DNA of 64,000 bases, from the NCBI GenBank assembly GCA_044225505.1, contig JBGAIN010000001.1, positions 83,642 to 147,641 of the forward strand, in the 5' to 3' direction. Position 1 is the stretch's first letter; every line of letters begins with the position of its first letter. Positions 10,384-22,905 of the stretch are shown here, piece after piece. This stretch comes from Limisphaerales bacterium. Its GTDB lineage: Bacteria; Verrucomicrobiota; Verrucomicrobiia; Limisphaerales; SIBE01. The notes beneath the pieces were generated by a model that worked only from the letters and a program-made list of their open reading frames with translations, made no database searches and was not told the origin of the DNA. A program made the position numbers and the translations under genes.

Positions 10384-11424
10384 TCACCTGACTTTTGAAA
10401 TCCGCAGCGCCCAAAACCGAATCGCGTCGGTAATCCATCCTTCGGCGCTTGTTCCAGTACCTGGGCCAAAGCCGTGACCCAGATTGGGGTACTTGTGAAA
10501 CTCGACGTCCGCGCCGCCTCTTCGCAAGGCCTCAACCCGTTGCTGCATAGCGAATGCCGGAGCGATTGCGTCTTGATCGCCAACGACCACAAAGGTGGCC
10601 GGTTCATTGGAAGAATAATCTGAATGGCCGGTGTAAGCCATTACAACGGTTGATGGCTTCGGAAGGTCGGCTCCTCCAAAGGATCGGACTCCGTGCGACC
10701 CGATAGCCGCGGCCATTCTTGCGCCAGCCGAACTACCCCACAGTGAATAGCTATTTGTGCCCACTCCAAGCATTTGAGCGTTGCGAAAGACAAAGCTGAT
10801 GGCTGCCGCCATATCCTGGACAGCACAAGAACTGCCACATCCCGTCCGGTATTTAAGCACGAAACCGTTGAACCCCTTATTGCTAATCTCGACGGCATAG
10901 GGAAAACCCTCGTGGACAGAGCCAACGTAGGAGAATCCTCCACCAGGCGCCACAATGGCGAAAGGCGCGCCCGGCTTTCCGTGAACGAGAAACAATCCAG
11001 TATTCGTTCGCCCGGGCTCAGCCTGCTTTTCAGCGTCCGTATAGAAATCGTAGAATATGGTTTTACCAGTGCTCACCTCGTCAATGAGATGGTTCAGTGC
11101 GCTCAGCACACGATCGGGATTTACATGGCTGTGATACGGGAGGAGGGAGCCCAAATCGCCGAGCGGCGTGTTCTGGTCAACGGCCCGATTATCCCACGGC
11201 AAAATCAAATGACCAAAGTTGCCAAATGCCGGATGGTTTACCACGTCACGGATGTGGTCGCCCAAGGTCAGGTGATCAACTTTGGTTGCAGCCATTTGTT
11301 TCTCCAAAATCGCGGCTGTGGTCCGCTGGGATTCATCACGGCCGTTCGCGTTCCTCTCTAAACGTGGAAACGCAACGAGCAAAACAAGCGTCAAGCTGGC
11401 TAATCTCAGTCTGCCGATAGTCAT
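10384..11424 (-). CDS. Secreted alpha/beta hydrolase (esterase-like)
   Basis: Signal peptide, PGGGF oxyanion loop, WGSSAG nucleophile motif, GDQD, GHGFG. Confidence 0.85.
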   Translation of the reverse strand: MTIGRLRLASLTLVLLVAFPRLERNANGRDESQRTTAAILEKQMAATKVDHLTLGDHIRDVVNHPAFGNFGHLILPWDNRAVDQNTPLGDLGSLLPYHSHVNPDRVLSALNHLIDEVSTGKTIFYDFYTDAEKQAEPGRTNTGLFLVHGKPGAPFAIVAPGGGFSYVGSVHEGFPYAVEISNKGFNGFVLKYRTGCGSSCAVQDMAAAISFVFRNAQMLGVGTNSYSLWGSSAGARMAAAIGSHGVRSFGGADLPKPSTVVMAYTGHSDYSSNEPATFVVVGDQDAIAPAFAMQQRVEALRRGGADVEFHKYPNLGHGFGPGTGTSAEGWITDAIRFWALRISKVR

Positions 11425-11475
11425 TTGGAATCCGCGGGTGCTATGGTGTCGTGAGGGCCTTTGTTGGTCACTCTA

Positions 11476-12432
11476 TCAGTTCTTTTCCGCAAAGACATGC
11501 ATCAGCCATCTGTCAAAATCGGGCACCCAATTGCCTCTGGCGCCGTAGCCGTGCGGCCATCCTTGAAGAATATTGGATTCAACCGACACGCCCGCCTTCT
11601 GTAATGCATTGGCACACGCTTGAAATTCATTAACAAAAGGGTCCTTTGTGCCGTAGCAGAAATAGGTGGGAGGCAGGCTGGACCGTCTGAACAATTCTAC
11701 GTCCTGTGATGCAACACTTAATCTGCCATAAAAGGAATAGATATGCCCAATCGCGCTGGCATCAGCGGACACCTTATCCAAGTCGTCCGGCACATATCTC
11801 GAATCAAGTGTTGTCCCATTTACTTTCCCGTTAAAATGCAGCAACAATTCGCCGCATAGAATACCTCCCGCTGAAAAGCCAGCTACGGCGATATTCTTCT
11901 CCCGTATCCCGTAATCTGGAGCGTGGCTCCGCACATACCTCACTGCTCGGGCTAGATCTAAAGCGCCTTCCTCCTGGGTATATGGCCGCACCCGGTAGTT
12001 AACTACAAAGCACTGATATCCAAGCCGGGTCAACGCTCTCGCGACAGGTTCGCCTTCATTTCGATTCCCGCGGAATGCAAATGCTCCACCGGAGCAAAGG
12101 ATAACAGCTCCCTTTACGGGAACCCCGTCCTTGGCGGGAAACACCTGCATGTTGGGAATAAAATCCGGCGGATCTGCGTGACGACTGTTGCTACTGGCCT
12201 GAGCCTTGGTGATTGCAGGGATATTATCTTTCGCCCAGAGATAAATCACAGCCCGTTCCGGCGTTGCGGGCGAGGTCGGCTGCGTTGAGTTCGTCGTTAT
12301 GGTTTCTTGTGCATTTGCTGAGATCCAGAGGGAGGCGGCGATCTGGCAGAGCGCGAAGAAAGGCTTCAGTGGCCTCCTGCTCACAGAATCTGTTGCAGCA
12401 CCTCCAAAGGGCAAGAGCTCCAGGTTTTTCAT
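11476..12432 (-). CDS. Secreted alpha/beta hydrolase (esterase-like)
   Basis: SGGAF, AGFSAGG, GTKDPF, PHGYG. Confidence 0.85.
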   Translation of the reverse strand: MKNLELLPFGGAATDSVSRRPLKPFFALCQIAASLWISANAQETITTNSTQPTSPATPERAVIYLWAKDNIPAITKAQASSNSRHADPPDFIPNMQVFPAKDGVPVKGAVILCSGGAFAFRGNRNEGEPVARALTRLGYQCFVVNYRVRPYTQEEGALDLARAVRYVRSHAPDYGIREKNIAVAGFSAGGILCGELLLHFNGKVNGTTLDSRYVPDDLDKVSADASAIGHIYSFYGRLSVASQDVELFRRSSLPPTYFCYGTKDPFVNEFQACANALQKAGVSVESNILQGWPHGYGARGNWVPDFDRWLMHVFAEKN

Positions 12433-12455
12433 ACGTGCTGCCCAAATCGTGGTGA

Positions 12456-13553
12456 CTAATCCAAACCTTTCTTTTTAAGGAATTCCGACATGAGATCGGC
12501 AATCTGCAGATTATTCAGATCCGAGAACGGGAAATGGGTATTCCCCCGAATCCCCGTCTCGGGTAAGTGCACAACGGTGACATCACCACCGCGGCGGTTT
12601 ACAGCATCCCGCCAAAGCCTCGCCATTGCCAGACGGACTCGCCAACCGTCCTGCCCCGGGTTTGCGATCGCTTCCGCCGGGATGTTGTCGCCGTAGAAAA
12701 TGATGATCGGAATCTTAGTCAACGCCACGAACTCCGACAGCGGCACGCCGAGAGCCTGGAGCGTGCCCCCGGCACTTGGCATCGCGGGAGGCACTTCTCC
12801 TTCGGGAAAGATAAAGCCGCTCCCGGGTTCGTAGGAGACGATGGCGCGGACGTTCGAGTTCTTGGTCGCGACGCGCCAACCCATACCTCCGGCATGCGAG
12901 TGGGTGACGAGAATCCCCGGCCCGATCTTCCCAAACAGCGCGGTGACCGCGGCCGAGTTCAGGGCAGGATCGAGAGGGCCCGTGTCGGGCGTAATCTGCC
13001 GAAAGTATTGGTTCAGCGCCTCTGGGTCGCGTGAAAACTGCACGCCGGGGAAGAAGTCCGGCCAGATGCCCAGTCGAAACGTGCCGAACCAGTCCTGCTC
13101 GTCAGATGTTGGGGTGATAGCCGCGGGCAGTGTGCTGCGACCCGCGCGGCCGCGGCGCGGCTGATCGATGACGTAGACCGGGAAGCGGCGACGTAAGAAA
13201 ATGTTTTGGAAGCCCTCGCGCCCATCCGGGGTGGTTTCCCAGGTCTTCGAGAACTGCCCGATGCCATGCCAGAGAACGAGCGGCAGTCTTCGAGCGCTCA
13301 CCGGGACCTGGAAAAACACGAATGCGTGATCGCCGTGCAACGTCTGGCCGGCAGGGCTGCGGTGGATGGCGTCGTAGGCGCCGCCATTGGTTATCACGGT
13401 TCCGCCCACGGCGAAGCTGCCTTGCTTCTGGATGGTCAACGGCTCGGACGTTTCACTCGCGTGTTGTCCGGTTTCAGAAGCAAAAGCTGCAGACGTCAGC
13501 AGAGCTAGAGCAACCGTTGCTATCTTCCTCACCATGCATCGGTGTTTCGTCAT
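12456..13553 (-). CDS. Secreted alpha/beta-fold hydrolase
   Basis: Signal peptide, WETTPDGREGFQNIFLRR, VTHSHAG, GNTHFPFSDLNN. Confidence 0.85.
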   Translation of the reverse strand: MTKHRCMVRKIATVALALLTSAAFASETGQHASETSEPLTIQKQGSFAVGGTVITNGGAYDAIHRSPAGQTLHGDHAFVFFQVPVSARRLPLVLWHGIGQFSKTWETTPDGREGFQNIFLRRRFPVYVIDQPRRGRAGRSTLPAAITPTSDEQDWFGTFRLGIWPDFFPGVQFSRDPEALNQYFRQITPDTGPLDPALNSAAVTALFGKIGPGILVTHSHAGGMGWRVATKNSNVRAIVSYEPGSGFIFPEGEVPPAMPSAGGTLQALGVPLSEFVALTKIPIIIFYGDNIPAEAIANPGQDGWRVRLAMARLWRDAVNRRGGDVTVVHLPETGIRGNTHFPFSDLNNLQIADLMSEFLKKKGLD

Positions 13554-13562
13554 GAGTCGTCC

Positions 13563-14660
13563 CTAAATCAGGTACTTGTCGAAGAACTCCTTCAGCTTCG
13601 CGACCGCGGGCGCCACGAACTGGGGTTTGTCGTACATATCAATGTGCGTGGCGCCATCGACAACAAAGAGCTCCTTCGGCTCCTGTGCCTTGGAATACAC
13701 CTCGTCGCTCCAGAACTTCGTGTCGGCCTTGCCACCCACCACCATCAGAATCGGGCGCGGCGAGATGGTTTCGACCTGATCGAAGGGGAAGAAGGCCATC
13801 TGCAAGGGGAGACTGGAAAACATGTAGCGATTGGGCGAATTGGGATGCTTGCCGCGTGGGGTCATGTAGTATTCGTAGCCCTCGCGATAGAGAACGGGCG
13901 TGCTGTCTGTGAATTCAGCAGCGGAGTCGGGCGAGACCTGCACAAGCCGTATGGGTTCGCCACGGGCTTCCTTGCTGCGCTGCTCACCCGCGTCCTTCAG
14001 GCGCTTCATCCGTTCCTCGTAGGACAATCGGCCCATCGCACGGCGGCGCGCGTCCCCAAGATTGAACATGCTGACCGTTGCGACCGCCTTCACGCGCAGC
14101 TCGGTCGTGGCGTTGCACATCGCATAACTGCCGCCCGCGCAGATGCCGAGCGAACCGATGCGGTCGGGATCAACTTGCGGCTGCTGCACCAGGTAGTCGA
14201 TGGCGCAGCTGATGTCATCCAAGCGTTGTGCGGGAACTTCTATCAATCGCGGCTTACCGCCGCTCTCGCCTTGGTAGGAAGCGTCGTAGGCCACACTAAT
14301 GTAGCCTTCCTCGGCAAGGTGCTGTGCATAGAGTCCAGCCGTCTGCTCCTTGACGCCACCGAAGGGATGCGTCACGACGATAGCCGGATACCTTTTGCGC
14401 TCGTCGAATCCGGGTGGCTTAAAGAGGTTGGCGGCGATACTCGTCCCCATATTCCTGGCCTGATAGCTGATGCGCTCTATCAGGACACCCTTTTTGTTGG
14501 GATAGCCGATCACTGCCGGCTCATTCACCGGACCCACGGTCCTGGTTTGCGCCGACGCCTCACGAAAAGCGAGCACAACCGCGGCGCTGGGAATCGCGGC
14601 TATGGCCGCACCGATGAATCTGCGCCGCCCGCGATCAATAATCTCATTATGTGTATTCAT
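13563..14660 (-). CDS. Tat-exported alpha/beta hydrolase with Cys nucleophile (YcjY/dienelactone-hydrolase-like)
   Basis: GRRRFIG twin-arginine signal, HPFGGVKEQTAGLYA, LGICAGG, GATHIDMYD. Confidence 0.88.
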   Translation of the reverse strand: MNTHNEIIDRGRRRFIGAAIAAIPSAAVVLAFREASAQTRTVGPVNEPAVIGYPNKKGVLIERISYQARNMGTSIAANLFKPPGFDERKRYPAIVVTHPFGGVKEQTAGLYAQHLAEEGYISVAYDASYQGESGGKPRLIEVPAQRLDDISCAIDYLVQQPQVDPDRIGSLGICAGGSYAMCNATTELRVKAVATVSMFNLGDARRRAMGRLSYEERMKRLKDAGEQRSKEARGEPIRLVQVSPDSAAEFTDSTPVLYREGYEYYMTPRGKHPNSPNRYMFSSLPLQMAFFPFDQVETISPRPILMVVGGKADTKFWSDEVYSKAQEPKELFVVDGATHIDMYDKPQFVAPAVAKLKEFFDKYLI

Positions 14661-14693
14661 AATCTGCTCCTAAGGAACTGACGCAAATGCTCG

Positions 14694-15569
14694 TCATTTC
14701 TTCTCGAATACCTCCTTAGCCACGCCGATGGCGGTTACCGCGTTAGGCCAGCCAGCGTAAAATGCCAGGTGAGTGATGGTCTCGATTATCTCATCTTGCT
14801 TTAGGCCATTTTCACGCGCCTTAACGAGGTGAGATCGAAGCTGGTCTGGACGGTTCATGGCGATGAGCGCGGCCACCGTCACCAAGCTTCGGTCGCGCTT
14901 CGACAGCTCGGGCCGCTCCCAGACATCCCCGTACAACACGTTATCCGTCAACTCCGCTAATTTGGGTGCGAACCCGCCGATCGCCCGTTGAGAGGGACGA
15001 GACTGCGCGCCGGGATCGGGCGTCAACCGCTCTCCGCTGCGGAGCGCCGCGGAATACTGCGCATCTCCGACCTTCTCCATCCATTCGACCGACTTGCCGT
15101 CGAGCGCTTCGCTGATGGCGATGTGCGCCATTGAACTATCCGGCGCAGCCCCATGCCAGTGCTTCTGGCCGGGCGGGATCCAAACCACGTCTCCTTGCCG
15201 GATCTCGTCAATGGGATCCCCCCAGCGCTGCACCCGGCCCACCCCAGCCGTCACGATCAGGATCTGACCGAGCGGATGCATGTGCCAGGCAGTACGTGCG
15301 CCAAGTTCAAACGTAACGAGGGACCCGGAGGCGCGAGCCGGAGCGTTGGCCTGGAAGAGAAGATCGACTCGGACGGAACCGGTGAAGTTCTCGGCCGATC
15401 CCGGCTTGGAGGGTTGCGATCTGCTCCGCGTGATCCTTATCGTTTCCTGGTTCTTGGATGTTGCAGCTTGGTTTGGGTGGCTTGGGTTCTCTTGCGCGTG
15501 TGTTGACGTCGAAGGCAAGCCTGTTACCAGCCACAGCGCGATGCAGATTTTACGAGATGTTACCTTCAT
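14694..15569 (-). CDS. Cupin + carboxymuconolactone-decarboxylase-like (CMD) fusion with signal peptide
   Basis: [13 protein letters not shown] and GQKHWHGA (cupin); [24 protein letters not shown] and [10 protein letters not shown] (CMD). Confidence 0.9.
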   Translation of the reverse strand: MKVTSRKICIALWLVTGLPSTSTHAQENPSHPNQAATSKNQETIRITRSRSQPSKPGSAENFTGSVRVDLLFQANAPARASGSLVTFELGARTAWHMHPLGQILIVTAGVGRVQRWGDPIDEIRQGDVVWIPPGQKHWHGAAPDSSMAHIAISEALDGKSVEWMEKVGDAQYSAALRSGERLTPDPGAQSRPSQRAIGGFAPKLAELTDNVLYGDVWERPELSKRDRSLVTVAALIAMNRPDQLRSHLVKARENGLKQDEIIETITHLAFYAGWPNAVTAIGVAKEVFEKK

Positions 15570-15606
15570 AGGTTTGAAGTAATGGCGCCCTCGACAGCGG
15601 TTGAAA

Positions 15607-16719
<1,113 letters not shown>

Positions 16720-16760
16720 CTACTTTCAAATTGTTCGCTTTGAAGAATATGGCCAACTTC

Positions 16761-17657
16761 TCAATTCAAATGGTTCCGAAGAAAAGTGATGACTCGATTC
16801 CTAACCTCATCCGCATCGAACATTATACCGAAATGAGGCGCGTCTCGGACAATGACCAGTTCATTTTCAACACCCACCACACTCAACCAAGCGCTCAATA
16901 ACTGGGAATGTTTTGGGGAAACCAATTCATCCTTTTCGCCGTGGATGATCAAAAATGGCGGATCATCCTTATCCACATATGTAACCGGACTGGCAACTTT
17001 GGCTAGATCCGGGCGCTTGAGAGGGGCAGCCCCTATTAGCAGACTTTCCGGTGACTTTTCATCATTACTTCCGGGAAATATTATCAATTCGGCTGGACCG
17101 TAAAAATCCACCACGGCTCTGAAGCGGAATGATTTGCTTGTCCCGGGCATAAAAAACGTTTCGATATTGTTGTTTTTCGATAAAGCCACCAATGAAGCCA
17201 GATGCCCACCTGACGAAAAACCCATAACTGCAAAGCGTTTTGTGTCGAGGCGATATTTGCCTGCGTTATCGTACAGAAATGAAATGGCACGGTTGCAGTC
17301 CTGTATCTGAGCAGGAAAAACGGCTTGGGTGCTGAACCGGTAGTCAATCGACGCCAGCGCAAATCCACTGCTGACAATTTCTGCCACGGTTTTCTTCATA
17401 TAACCAATATCAGCATGCTTATCATTGCTTAACCAACCGCCACCATGAATTAAAATGACCAACGGCATTTCACCCTTCGAATTGGCCGGCAAATAAATAT
17501 CCAAGGAGTGTTTCGGCAGGCTATCGTCGTTGTAAGACACGTTGCTGTGCAAAATAGTGCCCTGGGGAAAGGCATCGATAACTGGGTTGGTTTGGGAGAA
17601 GCCGCGCGTTACAGCTATGGAGAAGAAAAATAAGAATTGGAGGCTATGTGTTTTCAT
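16761..17657 (-). CDS. Secreted alpha/beta hydrolase (BD-FAE/HSL-like esterase)
   Basis: [25 protein letters not shown]; visibly AT-richer than its neighbours. Confidence 0.88.
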   Translation of the reverse strand: MKTHSLQFLFFFSIAVTRGFSQTNPVIDAFPQGTILHSNVSYNDDSLPKHSLDIYLPANSKGEMPLVILIHGGGWLSNDKHADIGYMKKTVAEIVSSGFALASIDYRFSTQAVFPAQIQDCNRAISFLYDNAGKYRLDTKRFAVMGFSSGGHLASLVALSKNNNIETFFMPGTSKSFRFRAVVDFYGPAELIIFPGSNDEKSPESLLIGAAPLKRPDLAKVASPVTYVDKDDPPFLIIHGEKDELVSPKHSQLLSAWLSVVGVENELVIVRDAPHFGIMFDADEVRNRVITFLRNHLN

Positions 17658-17665
17658 GCGGAGCC

Positions 17666-19429
17666 TTATTTTGCGCGTCCGTTCACGTTGGCGGCCTTTT
17701 CCATCACGTCCAGCCGCGCTTTCCGCGGATCGGGTTCGGCGGTCGGCGAACCGTCGGGCCGGAACTCAAGGATCTCATCTTTATTCGCGTCATAACGCGG
17801 CCATTTCGGCAGGCCCGGACCATTCGGATCGCCTGTCTTGGCGAAATTTGCCCAATAGGTGTTCATCATCTCGGCAACTTCTCGGTCTTTGAGCGCAACC
17901 GTGGTTCCAGTTCGGTCTCTAAGGTTGCCGAATACGTAGGGGATTTCAGATCCGTGCGCTGCACCGTACCGCATCCGCCCTTGCATTGAAGGGGAGATGT
18001 ACGCGAAGAGATACATATAGGCGGGTGCGCCCTTGGCGGCAAAGGTCCTTGCAGTTAACCGGGCCGGCTCCGCCCATACCTTGTCTGTGTTGACCATCGT
18101 GAGCATCTTAGCGAAATCCGTGGTGCCATCAGGATCGTAGGCCGCACTCATTTCACCCCTCACGTTCGCGAACTGCGACAGTAGTTCTTCCTTCGACCTG
18201 GCATTGACAAAGCCAGCCGGAACTTCCGCACTATTCGATCCTATGATCAGCGGAACATTGGCCTGCCTGCCCGCCTTGTATGCGCTCTCAGCAGTTTCAA
18301 CAACCAGTTTGCCGTCCAGAATCGGACCTGAGTAAATCGGCGGGCCTCCGGGACCATCACTTTCCTGGCCTCCGTCTACAATGTCGGCCACACTCAGGGC
18401 GCGCAGCTTCTGCAGCGCGGTCGCATCAGTGCCCTCAATCCCATGTTTGCGGGCGAAGTTGATTCCGATCGTTTCCGCTGAAACAGGGTAGAACGGATCG
18501 GCATTTTCTTCGCGGATGGGTCTTCCGGTCAGAACACCATCTCGCCCACCGCCGGACTGGCTGATCGCCTTTTGAAAGAGGCCTCGCGCATCCGGGATAG
18601 TCAGAAGTGAATGGACGGATACGCCACCGGCAGAAAAGCCGAAAATAGTCACATTATTCGGATCGCCTCCGAATGCGGAGATGTTCTGTTTGATCCACTT
18701 GAGCGCTGCGATCTGGTCCATGTAGGCGTAACTACCCTTGGGCTCTTCTGGATGCTCCTTACTCAGTGCGGGAAAAGCGAAGAAACCCAGGCGCCCGAGT
18801 CGGTAGTTGATGGTGATCAGGATAACCCCTTGTTTTGCAAACTGATTTCCGGCATTTTCAGGAGAGGCGCCGGAACCTCCTACGAAAGCCCCGCCGTGGA
18901 TCCACACCATGACCGGCAGCTTTGCTCCCTGCTCGGCTACAGCAGGTTTCCACACATTGAGAAATAGACAATCTTCCGACGAGTTCTCGCGAATTGAAGC
19001 CGTGCCACGGCTAAATCCCCTTTGGGCACAATCCGCACCGAACTTGTTCGCGTCACGTTCTCCCCGCCACGCGGGCACAGGTTGTGGCGGACGCCAACGA
19101 TTGGCGCCAGTAGGTGCAGCCGCATAGGGAATGCCCTTGAAGATGGCGACATCGCCTTCGGTTAAACCACGGACGATTCCCGACTCGGTCCGAACCGTCG
19201 GCGCTGCCCCTGGGGTTTCAGCGGCGATCGTTTTCGCACGATTGGGCGTGGCAGCCTGCTCTGGTTTGCTGTTGACGGCTTCTTGTCCGTATACCGAACC
19301 CAAGAGAGCGGCGACAACCAGCCACAGCGCGCCCGAGGGGCGCCGAAGCTTCCTGCTCATTGAATCGACTCCGGTGGCACGGCTAATCGAGGATTTCAAG
19401 TAGTTCATTCGCGGTTCCGTGTTTGGCAT
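17666..19429 (-). CDS. Type-B carboxylesterase
   Basis: [51 protein letters not shown] before ATG at 19429 (start uncertain). Confidence 0.92.
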   Translation of the reverse strand: MPNTEPRMNYLKSSISRATGVDSMSRKLRRPSGALWLVVAALLGSVYGQEAVNSKPEQAATPNRAKTIAAETPGAAPTVRTESGIVRGLTEGDVAIFKGIPYAAAPTGANRWRPPQPVPAWRGERDANKFGADCAQRGFSRGTASIRENSSEDCLFLNVWKPAVAEQGAKLPVMVWIHGGAFVGGSGASPENAGNQFAKQGVILITINYRLGRLGFFAFPALSKEHPEEPKGSYAYMDQIAALKWIKQNISAFGGDPNNVTIFGFSAGGVSVHSLLTIPDARGLFQKAISQSGGGRDGVLTGRPIREENADPFYPVSAETIGINFARKHGIEGTDATALQKLRALSVADIVDGGQESDGPGGPPIYSGPILDGKLVVETAESAYKAGRQANVPLIIGSNSAEVPAGFVNARSKEELLSQFANVRGEMSAAYDPDGTTDFAKMLTMVNTDKVWAEPARLTARTFAAKGAPAYMYLFAYISPSMQGRMRYGAAHGSEIPYVFGNLRDRTGTTVALKDREVAEMMNTYWANFAKTGDPNGPGLPKWPRYDANKDEILEFRPDGSPTAEPDPRKARLDVMEKAANVNGRAK

Positions 19430-19612
19430 CAAGTCTCCTGTGATATCTCCTTGGACGCTCAGGGGAGAGCAACGAAGGTGTGCTCCAGAATGCGGGTAGC
19501 TCATCTGCAATCGAAGAGCCAACCGCCCGACGCTCGAAGAGAGCTACGGGCAGCTCCAGCGCTTCGCGAAAGATCTTCCGCGCTCGGCCTGTTGGTCTGG
19601 ATTCTAACATTG

Positions 19613-19650
19613 GGCTGGCGTGACAAGCGGAGAATCCGATCGAAACCCGC
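19613..19650 (-). promoter_or_regulatory. 38-bp promoter-like motif, copy 4 (head of hydrolase cluster)
   Basis: Minus strand GCGGGTTTCGATCGGATTCTCCGCTTGTCACGCCAGCC. Confidence 0.75.
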
Positions 19651-19834
19651 TAACGAATTCATGTCAGGTAATCAACTGCCTTTCCCCAAGGGCCTTCCAT
19701 CAGCTCTGCCCAGGCGTAAGTCTTGGAGCGTCCAGCGCTTCGCCAACGCCTGCTTAGCTGCTATCTCGTCACGGCGTATCGCTGCTTATTGCAGACGTTC
19801 CAAAGCAAACTCGTGAACGCCATCGCCGCTAGTT

Positions 19835-20262
19835 CTGATAGCTGATGAAGCTAAGGGTGTTGACTCCTTGGATTTCAAAACGCGCTTCGTCGAAAGCGGT
19901 GTCCGCTACCTCAAAGAAGTCTATGAGGCCGTGGCGGGTTGGGCGCGCCCGGAACCACGTTCCAATCCCTATGCATGCAACTGTCAGTAACTACCGGGAG
20001 ATGTCACCGTCCCTCTCCATGCGAACGAGAATTCCCGATTGCGTTGCGTGTGGATAACGACATTACGCTCTTCTTCGAAGACGAAAAGCCTGTGGCAGGG
20101 GTCACTGTTCGAAGGGAGAGCGGCTATTCTCAGCAGAAGACATCCGTTGGCCGACCGTTTGTCTCCATGGCAGTGCTCGAAGGCCGGTCGACTTTGGCTT
20201 TCTTCTATCTTTTGTCCTGCGATTACATCAAGACGCGCGAGACCTGCTCGTTTTGCTTCCAG
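19835..20262 (+). pseudogene. Radical SAM-like gene remnant
   Basis: One frame reads ...PYACNCQ*LPGDVTV (in-frame TAA at 19988-19990). After a frameshift near 20040 it reads KTSVGRPFVSMAVLEG...CDYIKTRETCSFC (CX8CX2C); resemblance is lost after the Cys motif. Confidence 0.55.
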
Positions 20263-20365
20263 GTATTCATTCAACAGGAATCCACCTCTTGTGGAGTAGA
20301 ACGAAGCTGTCTGCCGCCTGGGCGGCTCTTTTCCATGGCCTAAAGACGACTCGCTTTTATCCGGC

Positions 20366-20823
20366 GTGAAGAGACCTCATCAGGCTATCGAAGGTCGGAC
20401 CACTACTTGGCGGATTATCGAAGATAGTGACGACGATTATATCCTGTTCCGGCGCGCGTGGCACAGGTTGCCAGTCCGCCTCCCTTCATTTGGCTCTGCA
20501 ACTGGGCTCAAGCTCGATCGTATCTCGCAGACTCAAGCTGCAAGGTTGCTGCCATCGTTTGTGACTTAAAGATGCCGAGAATGGGAGGTTTCGAGTTGAT
20601 GGAGTGGACGCGGAGACAAGAACGATTTCAATCGACGCCATTCTTCATCTTCTCCAATTCAAGCTTGCCGTTAGATCGAGAGCGGGCGTTGGCTCTCGGC
20701 GCTTTGGACGACCAAACCAAGCCTGGCGATGGTCGTGCTTTGGCCGTGACCCATCGTCAGTGTCTCGCCTCGGTGGAACGGGTATCGGGGGCTTCCAATC
20801 CGCTTGCTTGCCTCGGCGGATGA
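20366..20823 (+). pseudogene. Frameshifted single-domain response regulator (receiver)
   Basis: IIEDSDDDYILFRRAW in one frame and VCDLKMPRMGGFELMEW...IFSNS...TKP in another; shift near 20458. Confidence 0.75.
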
Positions 20824-21088
20824 GCGGGATGTGGCGCTAGTTCGATTCAGCCAGCCACAGCCGTATCGTTTTTCCTACCTGGACGTCTAAACACCTGGTG
20901 CGGAACGTTTGAGAGCCTCGTCGTCGCTATGCTTTTCCTCGTGGCAAGGCTAAGACTTTTCCCAAAAGGCCGGGCCCGCGTGCATGCTACTGCCGTTGGA
21001 TCTTGCCTCACAGGCGAAGCTCTGATCGTATAACACACTCATTCGCGTGCGTCGTTGGCGCATGCTTAAAGACGTTCTGCGCGTTGAA

Positions 21089-22546
21089 ATGCCTCACATG
21101 AAAAGGTCGAATTATTGGCGAAATTGGTTGAGCTTTGCCGGGGCAGTCGTTGCCATCGGCAGTTTCTTTGCATTCCTCCTGCTCTTTGCCATCGAGATGT
21201 TTTCGCGTGCTGGGAATCCATACATGGGCATTCTGGCCTATGTTATTGCCCCGGCATTTCTGTTCTTGGGTCTTGGAATGATGGCGACAGGCATATGGTT
21301 TCAACGGCGCAACGACCGTCAGGCAGGTGAACCAAAAGCGAGTGTGCTCTCGGTGGATCTGAGCCGCCCGGGGGATCGCCGAAAGTTGTTCTACTTTGTG
21401 GGGGCCAGTGTGGTGTTCTTGCTCTGCACGGCCGTTGGCAGCTACCAGAGCTACCATGTGAGCGAGTCGGTACAGTTCTGCGGCCAGGCTTGCCACGGAC
21501 CGATGAAGCCCGAATTTACGGCTTACCAAGCGTCGACACACGCCCGCGTGAGCTGTGTGGAGTGTCATGTGGGGCATGGCGCGGATGCTTTCGTCAAAGC
21601 CAAGATGAATGGCGTTCATCAACTCTTAGGAGTCATGACGGGCCGCTACAATCGTCCTATTAAGACGCCGATCCATAATTTGCGACCTGCCCGAGAAACC
21701 TGTGAACAATGCCATTGGCCGCAGAAGTTCGTCGGCAATATCGACCGCACCTACCATTCGTTTCTGGCCGATGAAACAAACACGGCCTACACGGTGCGTC
21801 TCTCGCTGAACGTCGGAGGTGCAGATCCCGCGCACGGACCGGTCGGGGGGATCCATTGGCACGTCAGCCAAGACAATCGGATCGAGTATCTTGCGACCGA
21901 CGACCGTCGCCAGGTCATTCCTTGGGTTCGAGTGACGAGCTCGAAAGGAGAAGTCACCGAATACCGGACTCCCCAGTTCACCAATGATGTCAGCCAGTAC
22001 GAGATACGCCGGATGGACTGCATGGATTGCCATAACCGTCCCGCACACCGATATCGCTCCCCGAACGATGCCGTCAATTTCGCCATGAGCATCGGTAAAA
22101 TTAGTCCCACGCTTCCCTGGGTGAAATCGAACGCCGTGGAAGTGCTGGTTCGATCCTACAAGACCGAAGAGGAAGGTCTGCGGACCATTGCGGAAGCGCT
22201 GCAAAAGAAGTATGCCGCTGTCCCGAACGTGAGCGCTTTAGTGGCCGAAGTGCAAAACATCTACCGTCAGAACTTCTTCCCTGAAATGAAGGCTGACTGG
22301 CGCGCTTACCCCGAAAATATTGGGCACAAGGATTGGATGGGTTGCTTCCGGTGTCACGACGACAAGCACTTTTCAGCCACCGGCAAAAGGCAGATTCCCG
22401 CTAGCGACTGCAATTCGTGCCACTCCATTATTGCGCAAGGAAGTGGCGATGAACTGGATTTGATTTCGCCGAAAGGTCAAAAGTTCAAACACCCTGGAGA
22501 CGAAGTTACCGGCGCTTGTAACGAATGTCATTCCGGTGGACTGTGA
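21089..22546 (+). CDS. NapC/NirT-like membrane-anchored multiheme cytochrome c (7 heme motifs)
   Basis: Three N-terminal hydrophobic helices; CGQACH, CVECH, CEQCH, CMDCH, CFRCH, CNSCH, CNECH. Confidence 0.9.
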   Translation: MPHMKRSNYWRNWLSFAGAVVAIGSFFAFLLLFAIEMFSRAGNPYMGILAYVIAPAFLFLGLGMMATGIWFQRRNDRQAGEPKASVLSVDLSRPGDRRKLFYFVGASVVFLLCTAVGSYQSYHVSESVQFCGQACHGPMKPEFTAYQASTHARVSCVECHVGHGADAFVKAKMNGVHQLLGVMTGRYNRPIKTPIHNLRPARETCEQCHWPQKFVGNIDRTYHSFLADETNTAYTVRLSLNVGGADPAHGPVGGIHWHVSQDNRIEYLATDDRRQVIPWVRVTSSKGEVTEYRTPQFTNDVSQYEIRRMDCMDCHNRPAHRYRSPNDAVNFAMSIGKISPTLPWVKSNAVEVLVRSYKTEEEGLRTIAEALQKKYAAVPNVSALVAEVQNIYRQNFFPEMKADWRAYPENIGHKDWMGCFRCHDDKHFSATGKRQIPASDCNSCHSIIAQGSGDELDLISPKGQKFKHPGDEVTGACNECHSGGL

Positions 22547-22905
22547 AGGTCGTCAGCACTCGACAAGAAATGAATGGAGCATAGCGAAGCTCCTGCAGTT
22601 GGGCGATGTCGCCACGAAGACTAATGCCCAGAGAAATCTCAGAAGCAGAATTGATGACTTAGTCTGTCGCCCATGCGGCACATGGCCAGAAGATCACCTT
22701 GCCGTGGCGTGTTTGAACTGACAGCGATGGAGGGCAGGGGATTTCAGGGGCACACGCCAAATCTGCGGTTTAAAGAAATTGCATTCGCCGGAGCGCCCGG
22801 ACCGGATTAGGTTAGGGTTATGGCCAGCCCAATTGCACGTGTCTCCGGTTTGTCCCAGTCTGGCTCAATGTTCCGTCCTCAGAACTTAAACCATCGTCTA
22901 CGAGT

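Noticed and set aside
13542..14681. 379-aa plus-strand ORF
   Set aside because: Antisense shadow of the hydrolase at 13563-14660; no motifs.
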